From: an uncultured Candidatus Saccharibacteria bacterium
Lineage (GTDB): Bacteria; Patescibacteriota; Doudnabacteria; UBA920
NCBI GenBank assembly: GCA_964416765.1
Contig: CAYQEU010000001.1
Span: forward strand, 212,480-276,479
Reading direction: 5' to 3'
DNA: 64,000 bases
Shown here piece after piece: positions 1 to 10,026 of this stretch. The translations under genes were made by a program, and so were the position numbers. The notes under the pieces were generated by a model. The model worked only from the letters and a program-made list of their open reading frames with translations, was not told the origin of the DNA and did no database searches. How positions within the stretch are numbered: position 1 is the stretch's first letter; each line of letters opens with the position of its first letter.

Positions 1-53
1 GGGTAAAGGCTGGCATTTACGTCAGTATTTACTTTGGTTTCGGCTACTTCGTT

Positions 54-1175
54 GTGTCGAGACTTTACCGACACAAGGGATACGCGGGAATCGCCTTCAT
101 GTTTACCGTTGCCACCATCTGCGGCGCGTTCGGCTTATTCTGCCGCATCGCCGACAAGGAAGCTGACAACCTCGCCGCCCGTATCGGTTTGTACCGAACG
201 CAGGAGCAGGCAGACACCGACAAGCTTAACGCCAACGCGGCGACCAAGCTGGTCCGGGTTCTGACTACCACTCCGAAATACAAGCGGGCATCTGTCATTT
301 CTCCGTCGCTGTGGACTCGCTTGTTCGGAAGTTCGTCTTCCAACGGCAAGCCTATCGCGGCGAAACTCGTCCCCAAAGACGGCGAAACAATCCCCCCGGG
401 GATTTATCGGCGCGTGGACGACTTCACTTACAAATCCGGCAAGGACGGCGGTCTTTACCTCCATATTGCCATTCCCGATAAGTACGGGGTGGCAAATGAG
501 GAGGCGGAAGACTTTTACATTCCGTTCAACACTGAATTTGTCAGTCTCGACATTGGGAAGACGGACAAGGCTGGCACTACGGCGTCAACCGGTCCTCCCC
601 ATCTATTCAAATCCTATCCTCCGGATGGGCGGGGCTGGGTCGATGACCCGGGCAATTTTACCCCTTGCCCCGACATGATGACGCCGAAACCGGAAGTCAA
701 AGTGGGCGACGAACAGGCTACCCTGGTCGTCCCCGCGACTTACGAAAACGGCGTGCTCCTGTCGGACACCAGCACCGGCAAAAGGTTGCGCCTGCACCAG
801 GGCGACGTCTACTCCGTGGATGTTGACCCGCAGGCACAGGTGAAGTTTTCCAACTTCCATCCTTGCGCCAGTGCCGGGGGTTTGTCCATTTGGTACGACC
901 CTCAGTTAGACAGTCCCTTCAAACAGGGAGCGGGTGGACTCGAGTTCGCTTTCGACAAGTTCGACAGCGACCCCGATAACCGGTTCATGCCGGGCACCCA
1001 TTCCGAATTTGTCGCCTTAAGGGACGGCGATTTGCGCTTCAGGATAGTGGAACGGAAGGGGCACTACACGGACGACGACAGCGGTTACTATCCGGTAACC
1101 GTCAAAATAATCCGGCGTGCCTCCGAAGACAACAATCAGGGAGGAACCACAACTACCGTGGCCCAGTTGCGTTAA
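54..1175 (+). CDS. hypothetical membrane-anchored/secreted protein (GTG start in ORF track)
   Basis: 373-aa ORF with an N-terminal hydrophobic segment (IAFMFTVATICGAFGLF). No motif I recognise. Followed by a strong terminator. Confidence 0.45.
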   Translation: MSRLYRHKGYAGIAFMFTVATICGAFGLFCRIADKEADNLAARIGLYRTQEQADTDKLNANAATKLVRVLTTTPKYKRASVISPSLWTRLFGSSSSNGKPIAAKLVPKDGETIPPGIYRRVDDFTYKSGKDGGLYLHIAIPDKYGVANEEAEDFYIPFNTEFVSLDIGKTDKAGTTASTGPPHLFKSYPPDGRGWVDDPGNFTPCPDMMTPKPEVKVGDEQATLVVPATYENGVLLSDTSTGKRLRLHQGDVYSVDVDPQAQVKFSNFHPCASAGGLSIWYDPQLDSPFKQGAGGLEFAFDKFDSDPDNRFMPGTHSEFVALRDGDLRFRIVERKGHYTDDDSGYYPVTVKIIRRASEDNNQGGTTTTVAQLR

Positions 1176-1196
1176 AACTGGGCAAACGGATCGAGG

Positions 1197-1251
1197 ACGG
1201 CAGGAATCAATGGAAACATTGAAACCTGCCGTCTTTTTTATGCTAAAATTT
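1197..1251 (+). terminator. rho-independent terminator
   Basis: Stem gacggcagg...cctgccgtc followed by TTTTTT. Confidence 0.55.
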
Positions 1252-2785
1252 GAGTAACATGACCCATCTGCTAAAAGACTTTCGGTTCCAATTTGCCGTG
1301 TTTGCCATAGCCGTTATCGGCTTCTTTTCATTTATGCAGTTTGTGCCCTCGGCCGGTTTTTCCGATCCCGATGGGTATTATCATGCCGCCGCCGCGCGCC
1401 TTATTGCCGCCGGCAAGCTTCATGCCAGTTTTCCCTGGGCTTATTTTTCCACTTTGCGGGAACACTACGGCGACCAGCATTTCCTGTTCCACTTATTGAT
1501 GATCCCCATGAGCAGCCTGAAAGGGATGCACTTTTCCGTTGTGCTGTTCTCTTCATTAATGATTTTTGCTTTTGTCTGGTTGCTCCGGCGGCTGGGGGTG
1601 AAGTACCCCTTGCTGTGGGGAGGGTTTTTGGTTGTCAGTTCCATTGATTTCTTGTTCCGCATCAACGTTGTCAAAGCGAACACACTCTCTTTAATTTTGT
1701 TGTTCGGCACGGTGTGGCTCCTTATTAATAAGCGCCACCGCTGGCTGGCGCCCTTGTCAGCTCTGTTCGTTTGGACGTATGGTGGTTTTGTATTTTTGCC
1801 TTTGGTCGGGGGAGCATATGTGGCCGCAAAGCTTATCGCGGAGCGAAAGTTAAATTTATGGCCGTTGGTATACATTCTTTTGGGAATTGGTGTCGGATTG
1901 CTCCTGCACCCCCATTTCCCAAATTTAGCGGTTCACTTATATTATCAGTTGTTTGATTCGGGGATTTCCGCGGGTTTGAAAGTTCCGGTCGGGTCCGAGT
2001 GGTACCCGTATTCCGTGAATGATTTAGTTTCGGCCAACGGGCTAAACTTGCTGGCGTTCCTCGTAAGTACCGCGGTTTTGGCGGTGGAATTTACCAAGGT
2101 TAAAAGGGAGCACTCCGACGCAACCAATGCCGCGTTTTTGTGGTTTACCACCTTGGGGTTCCTGGCTTTGATGATCAGGAGCCGGCGCTTTGTGGAATAT
2201 TCGGTACCCTTTAATGTATTGTTTAGCAGTTACGTGGTGACAAAAGTCGTGAATCCGGAGTTTTGGGATACCACCAAGGAAGCCTTGAGATATTGGCACA
2301 TGAGATTTTTTACCGTTCTGTTGATATGGGTGCTGGTTTTGATCGGCGCTTTCAACGTTACCCGGGTTGAAGGGTGGTTGGCAGCTAGTACTGAAGCGGA
2401 AGCGTTGAAAGGTGCGGGGGACTGGCTGGCGGCTAACACTCAGCCTGGTGAAATCATTTTCAATACGAAGTGGGATGACTTGCCCCAATTGATGTACTTT
2501 GACCCGAATAATTACTATATTATTGGGTTGGATCCGACCTTTATGTACGCTTATGACCAGCACCTGTACCATAAGTGGCGACAGGTCGCGGACAACGACC
2601 CGGTGAAGTTTGGTAATTCCTACGCTGACATGCGCGATATAGTTAACAAAGATTTTAAATCCCATTACATAGTGCTGGAGAATGCCCGGGATGGAAAGTT
2701 AAAGTATTTCCTCGATGCCCACCGGAGTGAAGGGGCGAGCGAGGTCTACGAAGACGAGTTCTCGGCTATTTACGAAATAAATTAG
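1250..2785 (+). CDS. polytopic membrane protein, possibly a GT-C fold glycosyltransferase (ArnT/PMT-like)
   Basis: 511 aa with about 10-12 predicted TM helices in the first ~330 aa. Acidic motif SDPDGYYH in the first loop (DxD-like, as in GT-C enzymes). Soluble C-terminal domain. The functional call is tentative. Confidence 0.45.
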   Translation: MSNMTHLLKDFRFQFAVFAIAVIGFFSFMQFVPSAGFSDPDGYYHAAAARLIAAGKLHASFPWAYFSTLREHYGDQHFLFHLLMIPMSSLKGMHFSVVLFSSLMIFAFVWLLRRLGVKYPLLWGGFLVVSSIDFLFRINVVKANTLSLILLFGTVWLLINKRHRWLAPLSALFVWTYGGFVFLPLVGGAYVAAKLIAERKLNLWPLVYILLGIGVGLLLHPHFPNLAVHLYYQLFDSGISAGLKVPVGSEWYPYSVNDLVSANGLNLLAFLVSTAVLAVEFTKVKREHSDATNAAFLWFTTLGFLALMIRSRRFVEYSVPFNVLFSSYVVTKVVNPEFWDTTKEALRYWHMRFFTVLLIWVLVLIGAFNVTRVEGWLAASTEAEALKGAGDWLAANTQPGEIIFNTKWDDLPQLMYFDPNNYYIIGLDPTFMYAYDQHLYHKWRQVADNDPVKFGNSYADMRDIVNKDFKSHYIVLENARDGKLKYFLDAHRSEGASEVYEDEFSAIYEIN

Positions 2786-2798
2786 AATTTTCCCCAGC

Positions 2799-2827
2799 TT
2801 GGGATTTTGGCCATTTCGTGCTATAAT
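2799..2827 (+). promoter_or_regulatory. sigma70-like promoter (TTGGGA-17-TATAAT with TGC extended -10)
   Basis: ttgggattttggccatttcgtgcTATAAT. It lies inside the upstream end of the 2807 ORF, which argues for the later ATG start. Confidence 0.45.
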
Positions 2828-2875
2828 TTTCCTACTGTTAGAAAAGAGCCTAGAAACAGAAACAAAACCCAATTT

Positions 2876-3493
2876 ATGGACAAAACCTCGAATTTGGCTT
2901 TGATCATACAAATGATCGAAGCTGCTGAAAAGAACATCCAATCAGCCAAACAGCTGCTCCGAGAGGGCGCGACTGGGGCTGTTTCAACGCGTCCGGTTAA
3001 TAGCCAGGCTTTCATGGAGAAAGCCCGAACCCTCGGAATTACCGAACAGGGGAAGGTTATTGAAGGCGTGTTTGACGGCCAGAACATGGTTGGCCCTGAT
3101 GGCAAGCAATATCCGGTTCCGGCCAACTACGCTTCCAAGAGCAAACTTGTGGAGGGTGATGTATTGAAGCTCACTATTTCTGATGACGGATCCTTCATTT
3201 ACAAACAAATCGCCCCGGTAGAACGCCGGAAGATTTTGGGTATGTTAATCCAGGATGACAAAGGTGACTACCAGGTAGTTGCCGAAGGGAAGCCTTACAA
3301 GGTCCTGCTTGCTTCACTCACATACTTTAAAGCGGAAGCCGGCGATGAAGTTACGATTGTTTTGCCCCAAGAGGGCGACCCGCAATGGGCAGCTGTTGAA
3401 AATGTTATCAAAGCCGGTTCCAGTCCCGATGCGGAATTATCCGCTGACCATGGGATGGACCGCATGTCCCGCGAAGAAGAGGAAGAATTCTAA
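2876..3493 (+). CDS. hypothetical protein with acidic C-terminal tail (..SREEEEEF)
   Basis: The ORF track begins at TTG 2807 but that overlaps the promoter. The first ATG (MDKTSN..) is at 2876. No recognisable domain. Confidence 0.5.
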   Translation: MDKTSNLALIIQMIEAAEKNIQSAKQLLREGATGAVSTRPVNSQAFMEKARTLGITEQGKVIEGVFDGQNMVGPDGKQYPVPANYASKSKLVEGDVLKLTISDDGSFIYKQIAPVERRKILGMLIQDDKGDYQVVAEGKPYKVLLASLTYFKAEAGDEVTIVLPQEGDPQWAAVENVIKAGSSPDAELSADHGMDRMSREEEEEF

Positions 3494-3495
3494 AC

Positions 3496-4143
3496 ATGGG
3501 CACTATTGAACAAATTTTGGAGCGAAGGCCGGTAGTGTTGCAAATACTCCGGTTTATTGCCATTGGCGCGCTTAATACCACGCTCGATTTCATTATCTTC
3601 AACCTTCTTTCCAAGTCCTTAAACATTTACGCCGGCCGGGAATTGGGCTTTTTAACCATTGTCGGTTTTAGCGCCGCAATGGTTCAAAGTTATTTCTGGA
3701 ACCGCTATTGGACATTTGGAAGGGCGGGGGATATGAAAATGTCACCGGTAACCGAGTTTATCCGACTCATGATGGTGGGAGGCTTAGGAGCGGTCACGTT
3801 TGTGGCTGTACTTATTGGCGCTAAGTATGAAGTTTACCCCAGTTATTACCTCATCACTCTGGCAATTTTCCTGGGTGTGGAAATGATGTTGTGGCTTTTG
3901 TACGAATTGAAGAAGAAAGCCGACAGCCACGCCAACCACTTTATGGCTTTTGTCATCGTCAGTATTATTGGGTTGCTGATTAACGCCGCTATCGTGGGAT
4001 TAATGTCCAGCTATCTTTCCGGAACCCGGTTTGGGCTCAATCTCGACCTATTGAAAAATGAAGCCAAAATAGTTGCCACCGTGGCTTCCCTGATTTGGAA
4101 CTTCGTGGGTTACAAGCTATTTGTTTTCAGGAATAACCAGTAG
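3496..4143 (+). CDS. GtrA-family membrane protein (polysaccharide/lipid-linked sugar flippase-like)
   Basis: N-terminal LRFIAIGALNTTLDFIIFNLL is the GtrA signature. Four TM helices. About 215 aa. Confidence 0.65.
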   Translation: MGTIEQILERRPVVLQILRFIAIGALNTTLDFIIFNLLSKSLNIYAGRELGFLTIVGFSAAMVQSYFWNRYWTFGRAGDMKMSPVTEFIRLMMVGGLGAVTFVAVLIGAKYEVYPSYYLITLAIFLGVEMMLWLLYELKKKADSHANHFMAFVIVSIIGLLINAAIVGLMSSYLSGTRFGLNLDLLKNEAKIVATVASLIWNFVGYKLFVFRNNQ

Positions 4144-4169
4144 CTAAACCTGCCTTATTTAACGCTATA

Positions 4170-4198
4170 AAAAGCCCTATAAATGGGCTTCTTTTTAT
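4170..4198 (+). terminator. rho-independent terminator
   Basis: aaagccc tataaat gggctt followed by cttttta. Confidence 0.5.
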
Positions 4199-4212
4199 TG
4201 TATAATGCAATT

Positions 4213-5799
4213 ATGGCTGTATTTTATCGTACATATCGACCCCAAAAATTCTCCGAAGTTGTGGGACAGGCTCCTATTGTTTCCACTTTAAGGAACGCCG
4301 TTAAAAATGGCAGCGTGGCGCACGCGTATTTATTCACTGGAAGCCGGGGAGTGGGCAAAACTACCCTGGCGAGGCTTCTGGCCAAAGCGGTAAATTGCCC
4401 TAACGTTAAGGACGGGGAACCTTGCGGTACGTGCGAAGTTTGCCAGGCGATAAAGAATAATTTGTTCATTGATCTCGTGGAAATTGACGCCGCCTCCCAT
4501 ACCGGCGTGGATAATGTCCGTGAGCTTATCGAACATATTAAGTTCAAACCGACCTCAGCCAAGTACAAGGTGTTCATAATCGACGAAGTTCACATGCTTT
4601 CCAAAGCAGCTTTCAATGCTTTGCTGAAAACCCTGGAAGAACCTCCTGATCATGCTATTTTTGTTTTGGCCACAACCGACGTCCATAAAGTGCCGGCAAC
4701 TATTGTTTCGCGTACCCAGCGTTTTGATTTTTCCCGCATTACAACTTCTGACATCGTTGCCCAACTGGAAAAGGTAGTAAAAGCCGAAAAACTTAAAGTG
4801 GAGCCTCAGGTGTTGAGACTGATCGCCCGGCAAGCGGCTGGGGGTCTGCGCGACGCCCTGTCACTACTCAACAAAGTTGCCGCAAGCGGGGGGAAAGTTG
4901 GCTTACCGGAAGCGGAAACCCTTCTCGGCAGCGCTTCGCTCAACCACTCAGAAAAACTCGTGGATTTGATGGCAGAGGGCGACTCCAAAGCGATCCCGGC
5001 TTATTTTGAAGAACTGGAGCAAGCGGGAATCGATTTCGCCGTGTTTAACAAAAGCTTTTTGGAGTATCTTCGCGGGTTGTTGATTGCCAAAGTTACCGGC
5101 GATGTTCCGGCTGACTTTTTGCCTGAAGAAGCCTCGGTAATGGAAAACCAGGTGGCCAAAGTTAGTGCCGCACAGGTAATCCATTGGCTGCGCCTGTTTT
5201 TGCGATCATTTAAGGATTTGTCTTCAGTGCCAGAGCCAAGTTTGGCTTTGTTGCTGGCCGCCATGGAGGCGGTCATAAAGCCCGGGGTTATGACTGCGAC
5301 AGCTCAGCCAATTTCCACAGCCACACCAAAGGTAAGTCAGGCGGCCACAAAGTCTTCTGAGCAACAGACCTCTTCTTCTACTGCTCCTATTGCTCAGGCC
5401 ACGCGTACCGCACAGATTGATGATCCTATAGTCGAAGAAATCGTTGAGATAGATTATAAAGGCCAACCCTTTACTCTTGAAGAAGTTAAGGGTTTTTGGC
5501 CGGAAGTTTTAAACCGTCTCAAATTGATCAACAGTCCTTTGGCTACATTAATAAAGAATTCTCCAGTGGTTGAAGTCAGCGGACAGGAAATCTGTCTAAG
5601 TGTTAAGTTCCTATTCCATAAGGAGCACCTGGAAAGCAAGAAAATATACAGCTTAGTCACCAGTACTATTCAAGAGCTGGGTGGAAAGCCCTGCCGGCTC
5701 CGGATTTTGCTTAATGCTGAACCCCAAACGGAGGCTCCCACCGGGGTAGACGCTATAAGTGAGGTTTTGCGGGTTTTTGGTGGAGAACTAGTCGAATAA
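4213..5799 (+). CDS. dnaX: DNA polymerase III subunit gamma/tau
   Basis: YRPQKFSEVVGQ start motif, Walker A GSRGVGKTT, clamp-loader box IIDEVHML. TGTATAAT sits 7 nt upstream of ATG 4213, suggesting a leaderless or short-leader mRNA. The ORF track extends to 4183. Confidence 0.85.
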   Translation: MAVFYRTYRPQKFSEVVGQAPIVSTLRNAVKNGSVAHAYLFTGSRGVGKTTLARLLAKAVNCPNVKDGEPCGTCEVCQAIKNNLFIDLVEIDAASHTGVDNVRELIEHIKFKPTSAKYKVFIIDEVHMLSKAAFNALLKTLEEPPDHAIFVLATTDVHKVPATIVSRTQRFDFSRITTSDIVAQLEKVVKAEKLKVEPQVLRLIARQAAGGLRDALSLLNKVAASGGKVGLPEAETLLGSASLNHSEKLVDLMAEGDSKAIPAYFEELEQAGIDFAVFNKSFLEYLRGLLIAKVTGDVPADFLPEEASVMENQVAKVSAAQVIHWLRLFLRSFKDLSSVPEPSLALLLAAMEAVIKPGVMTATAQPISTATPKVSQAATKSSEQQTSSSTAPIAQATRTAQIDDPIVEEIVEIDYKGQPFTLEEVKGFWPEVLNRLKLINSPLATLIKNSPVVEVSGQEICLSVKFLFHKEHLESKKIYSLVTSTIQELGGKPCRLRILLNAEPQTEAPTGVDAISEVLRVFGGELVE

Positions 5800-5810
5800 T
5801 AAGCCAAAAA

Positions 5811-5820
5811 GTGCTATAAT
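5811..5820 (+). promoter_or_regulatory. extended -10 element (gTGCTATAAT)
   Basis: Same gTGCTATAAT string as at 2818-2827. Sits about 30 nt upstream of ATG 5852. Confidence 0.35.
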
Positions 5821-5851
5821 TTAGAGGTAAAAACCACTAAAAGAAACAAAA

Positions 5852-7384
5852 ATGGATATAAATAGCGTACCAAAAAAGTATCTCCTTGGCGCCATCGGCG
5901 TCCTGGTAGTTATTTTATTGTTAGTAACCCTGCTCCAACCTGGCAGTTTCCGCTACCAGGGAGGTAGCCCGACCGCGGATGACTTGGCCCGCAGCGCCCA
6001 AATTCAAAAAGAATACGCGGATTACCTGGCTTCCATCAAGCCTGATCCTGAGGCTAGCAAACAGCTGTTTTCTCAGGTCATAAGCCAAGACGAAGTCCAG
6101 AAAGACGTTGCTACCCAGCTGCAGGTAAACCAGAAGGTCACTATTCCGCAGGTACCGGATTCCCAGCTAACCCTGAGCAAGGAAAGCGGACAAGGCCCCA
6201 CGCAGCAGTTCTTTGAAGCATTGAAACCAATTGTCAGCCAGTTTACCGCGTTGACCGAACCGGCATCCCCGTCGTTGTTTACTGACGCTGATGCTGACCA
6301 GGTCGCCATAGAAACCAGCGCCGCTTTAGAAAGGATTTACAAAACACCGGTTCCAAAAGACGCCGTGGCCTACCAAAAAGCCCAGATCAACACTTTACAG
6401 CAATACCAGAGTCTGGCGCAGACTGCCAAAATTGCGCAGAATAACGCTGACTCAGCGCCGTGGCCCAAAGTATATAGCCAGTACGTTGTAATGAATGACC
6501 AGGTAGGCGTAATGAAATCGGAGTTCCAGCGTTTAGATAAACAGTATGGACTCACCGGAACTCGAGGCGTGTATGCTCAGCAAAGTTCCCACAATCCGCT
6601 TATCAAAAGTGCTGACGCGCAGTTTAGCGTAATTGTTACCGACGACATTTGGGCGAACATTGAAAAAGGGATTCGTGAGGGGATTGCGGCAGCGTTTGCC
6701 AAGTTCATGAACACATACTTGGATAAGCTGATTACCGACATCCAGAATAATTACTATGTTGCCAACTTCCTGTACTACACCGATGCGTTGGTGCGCGGAC
6801 AGTACGTCAATGATTATTTGAACAAGTATATCGCCGACCCGATTGACCGCGGCATTATTACGCGATTCATTCCGCAGTTCAGCTGTGCCAATAATAAACA
6901 GGATCTCGGTCCAATATTCGTAGCTAAGGCGCGGCAATATCTTGGGTTCGACCCGGCCACGATTGACCCGAACTCGTCCGACTTTTACACAAAAATTGCC
7001 CGGCTTCCTGACTTGTCCCCCGAACAGCAGGAGTTGGAATACCGCGATGCCGCCCAGGCTGCCATGGTTCAGGCTAACCAAGCCGCGATCATTGAACAGC
7101 TGACTCCGACAGGAACCAAACTGCCTCGCAGCGACGTTTTAGGGAAACAGATTACAACGACAGTCGCGTCGATTAATGCTTCCCTTCAAGCTTCGTTTAA
7201 CGCCAAACTGGGACTTGGTACGCAAAACACCCAGAGCGTCGTAAGCCAGCTTGTGTCGTCCACCATCCAGCAGTTTACTGATAAATACTTATTTAAGGGA
7301 GTAGTGCTGAAAGAACAAAATACTTGCATCCAAGTTCCGCAGTTGCAACCGATTATCCCAAGCGCCACCCCGACCACATTCTAA
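5852..7384 (+). CDS. hypothetical membrane-anchored protein
   Basis: N-terminal TM (LLGAIGVLVVILLLVTLL) then a Q/A-rich soluble region. No recognisable domain. Confidence 0.5.
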   Translation: MDINSVPKKYLLGAIGVLVVILLLVTLLQPGSFRYQGGSPTADDLARSAQIQKEYADYLASIKPDPEASKQLFSQVISQDEVQKDVATQLQVNQKVTIPQVPDSQLTLSKESGQGPTQQFFEALKPIVSQFTALTEPASPSLFTDADADQVAIETSAALERIYKTPVPKDAVAYQKAQINTLQQYQSLAQTAKIAQNNADSAPWPKVYSQYVVMNDQVGVMKSEFQRLDKQYGLTGTRGVYAQQSSHNPLIKSADAQFSVIVTDDIWANIEKGIREGIAAAFAKFMNTYLDKLITDIQNNYYVANFLYYTDALVRGQYVNDYLNKYIADPIDRGIITRFIPQFSCANNKQDLGPIFVAKARQYLGFDPATIDPNSSDFYTKIARLPDLSPEQQELEYRDAAQAAMVQANQAAIIEQLTPTGTKLPRSDVLGKQITTTVASINASLQASFNAKLGLGTQNTQSVVSQLVSSTIQQFTDKYLFKGVVLKEQNTCIQVPQLQPIIPSATPTTF

Positions 7385-7396
7385 AAGAACTAGCCT

Positions 7397-8641
7397 ATGG
7401 TAGAACAAAAAGACCAAGAACTAACCAACGAAACTTCAAGACCAGTTACAATTGCCCGGCACTCGCTGGGAATTGTAATATTACTGGCCATTTTAGGCGG
7501 CTTTTTTGGCGGCATCGCTTCAAATGCCTTTTTAGCCTCACGTCCGGAATGGGGAACCTTAAGCGGGAACGCAAACCAGACCGCGGCACAGAAAGTTGTA
7601 CTACAAGAGGATTCGGCTATTATCGACGTAGTGCAGCAAGCCAGCCCTTCCGTGGTTTCGGTTGTGATATCCAAAGACATTAACCAGTACCAACAGTACT
7701 CCAGTCCGTTTTCCGGCAGCCCGTTCAATTTTTTTGGGTTGGGAACCGGACAACAGCCTTCCAATAACACTCCTGACATTGAACAGGTTGGCGCTGGTAG
7801 CGGTTTTTTCGTCACCAGTGACGGGATGATACTGACTAACCGCCATGTGGTCGCCGACACTTCCGCCACTTACAGCGTGGTAACCAGTGATGGAAAAACC
7901 TACGACGCCAAAATTTTGGTGCGCGATACCATAAACGACCTGGCCCTCATTAAGATCGATATCCAGGGCGCACGGCCATTAACCTTTGCTGATTCCGACT
8001 CCATAAAGATAGGGCAGCAGGTACTGGCCATTGGCAATTCACTGGGGCAATACCAAAATACGGTTACCAGCGGAATCGTTTCCGGGATCGGGCGCACTTT
8101 GACCGCGGGGGGAGAAGGTGAAAGTGAACAGCTGGAAGGAGTCATCCAAACAGATGCCGCTATTAACCCGGGTAACTCCGGCGGGCCTTTGCTGAATTTG
8201 GCCGGCCAAGTCATCGGCATTAACACGGCGATTGACCAGGAAGGCCAGCTGGTTGGGTTTGCCATTCCCGCGCGGGACGCTCAAAAAGACGTGGAGAGCT
8301 ACCAAAAAACTGGCAAGCTTTCCCATCCTTTTCTAGGTGTGCGCTACGTGATGTTAAACGATCAGATTGCCAAACAGCAAAAAACTTCCCGTAACCAGGG
8401 CGCCCTGTTACTTGCTGGCGCGCAACGCGGCGACACCGCCGTGATATCAGGCAGCCCGGCTGACAAAGCAGGATTGAAAGAAGGCGATATTGTCATTCGG
8501 GTCAACGGCCATGACGTGAATACAAATAACACACTATCGAAAGAACTTAAGGATTATTCCGTGGGTGACAGGCTGCAACTAGCAATTGTACGTGATGGCA
8601 AAGAAATAACCGCCACAGTAACCTTAGAAGAAGCAAAATAA
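7397..8641 (+). CDS. htrA: HtrA/DegP-family serine protease with PDZ domain
   Basis: N-terminal TM. Trypsin-like catalytic motifs (TNRHVV, DLALIKI, GNSGGPL). C-terminal PDZ (GDIVIRVNG). Confidence 0.85.
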   Translation: MVEQKDQELTNETSRPVTIARHSLGIVILLAILGGFFGGIASNAFLASRPEWGTLSGNANQTAAQKVVLQEDSAIIDVVQQASPSVVSVVISKDINQYQQYSSPFSGSPFNFFGLGTGQQPSNNTPDIEQVGAGSGFFVTSDGMILTNRHVVADTSATYSVVTSDGKTYDAKILVRDTINDLALIKIDIQGARPLTFADSDSIKIGQQVLAIGNSLGQYQNTVTSGIVSGIGRTLTAGGEGESEQLEGVIQTDAAINPGNSGGPLLNLAGQVIGINTAIDQEGQLVGFAIPARDAQKDVESYQKTGKLSHPFLGVRYVMLNDQIAKQQKTSRNQGALLLAGAQRGDTAVISGSPADKAGLKEGDIVIRVNGHDVNTNNTLSKELKDYSVGDRLQLAIVRDGKEITATVTLEEAK

Positions 8642-9027
8642 TGGGAAAAGTGATGGGTCTGGATTATGGCACCAAACGGGTGGGAGTTGCTATATCGGAT
8701 GAATCAAGGACATTTGCCAGGGAAATCGGCATATGGCCCGCGGCGGAATTTTATCAGCATTTAAAGGGTTTCCTCGATGAAAATAATGATATTGATTCAA
8801 TCGCGATTGGCTTGCCGCTGAATATGTCCGGAGAGGACACTCACAAAACCCAGGAAGCAAGAAGTTTCGCCCACGAAGTACAAAACCGGACGGGCATAAA
8901 AACAGCATTAGTGGACGAACGCTTAACCTCTTCGATGGCCCGAAGTCTCCCAGGAGGCAACCATGATGTGGATTCGCTGGCCGCGCAATTAATTCTCCAA
9001 ACTTACTTAGACCAAAATAAAACATGA
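8641..9027 (+). CDS. ruvX: Holliday-junction resolvase-like RuvX/YqgF
   Basis: MGLDYGTKRVGVAISDE N-terminus is typical of YqgF. About 125 aa. Overlaps the htrA stop by 1 nt. Confidence 0.8.
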   Translation: MGKVMGLDYGTKRVGVAISDESRTFAREIGIWPAAEFYQHLKGFLDENNDIDSIAIGLPLNMSGEDTHKTQEARSFAHEVQNRTGIKTALVDERLTSSMARSLPGGNHDVDSLAAQLILQTYLDQNKT

Positions 9028-10025
9028 GTGAACTAAGACAAAATCCAATTACGAAACAATGGGTCTTGATTGCCCCAAAACGTTCCAAACGGCCGGAAGA
9101 TTTCAAAAGCGCTGTCGAACATGAAGATTTGCCTGAACTGGACCGGGCTTGTGTGTTCTGTCCCGGTAATGAAAGTTTAAACCCGGACCTATGCGATGAC
9201 GTGTGCCGTGTGCCCAACAACGGCAAGTGGGAAGTGCGGGTAATTAAAAATAAGTTTGAGGCTTTGGAAAAGACCGCGGTATACCGCCATAAGGAATTTT
9301 ATACTTCCCGTAGTGGTTATGGTGAGCATGAAATCGTCATCAACCGCCGCCACAACGAGCCGGTCGCGCTCCAGCCATTGAAGACCATCGACGCTACCCT
9401 GCAAACTTTTATCGAACGGATTAACGCCATGAAAGCGGATCCGAATTTGGCCTATGTGCAAGTGTTCCATAACCATAAGCATGAATCGGGGGCTACCGTG
9501 GTCCACCCACACTACCAAATTTTAGCGACCCCAATTGTCCCGCCGGATATACATTCGGAGATGCTTAACGCTTCACATTATTACCACGCCGAGAAAAGCT
9601 GTGTTTACTGCAACGTGGTGGCGGAAGAAATTGAAGTTAAAGACCGCCTGGTTTACCAGGACAAGAATTACGCGGTCATCGCCCCATACGCTTCCGAGCG
9701 CCCTTTCCAAATCAATATTTACCCCAAGACTCACCGCGCACGCTTTGAGGATATTAGTCAGGAAGAAATAAAAGGTTTAAGCGTGGTACTCAAAATGGTT
9801 CTCGGGCAAATGTACAACAAGCTTAATGACCCGGCGCTGAACTTTTATATCCACACCTTACCCATTCATCCTGGCCCCCAGGCCATGAATGAAGAGCGCA
9901 GCAGTCACTGGCACTTAACCATTTTGCCGCGTACTAATATTTGGGGTGGGTTTGAATACGCCACCGGTATTCCAATCGTACCGGTTAGCCCGGAGGTAGC
10001 GGCTAAATTTTTGAAAGGGGAATAA
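9024..10025 (+). CDS. galT: galactose-1-phosphate uridylyltransferase (GalT/HIT superfamily)
   Basis: Zn-binding CVFCPGNE and active-site HPHYQ (HxHxQ) motifs. Confidence 0.7.
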   Translation: MSELRQNPITKQWVLIAPKRSKRPEDFKSAVEHEDLPELDRACVFCPGNESLNPDLCDDVCRVPNNGKWEVRVIKNKFEALEKTAVYRHKEFYTSRSGYGEHEIVINRRHNEPVALQPLKTIDATLQTFIERINAMKADPNLAYVQVFHNHKHESGATVVHPHYQILATPIVPPDIHSEMLNASHYYHAEKSCVYCNVVAEEIEVKDRLVYQDKNYAVIAPYASERPFQINIYPKTHRARFEDISQEEIKGLSVVLKMVLGQMYNKLNDPALNFYIHTLPIHPGPQAMNEERSSHWHLTILPRTNIWGGFEYATGIPIVPVSPEVAAKFLKGE

Positions 10026-10026
10026 C

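Noticed and set aside
2807-2875. TTG-initiated N-terminal extension of the 2876 gene
   Set aside because: The extension spans the promoter (tgctataat) itself, so translation cannot start there.
4183-4212. Ten extra N-terminal codons on dnaX (MGFFLLYNAI)
   Set aside because: They cover the TGTATAAT -10 element. DnaX homology begins at the second Met (MAVFYRTYRPQKF).
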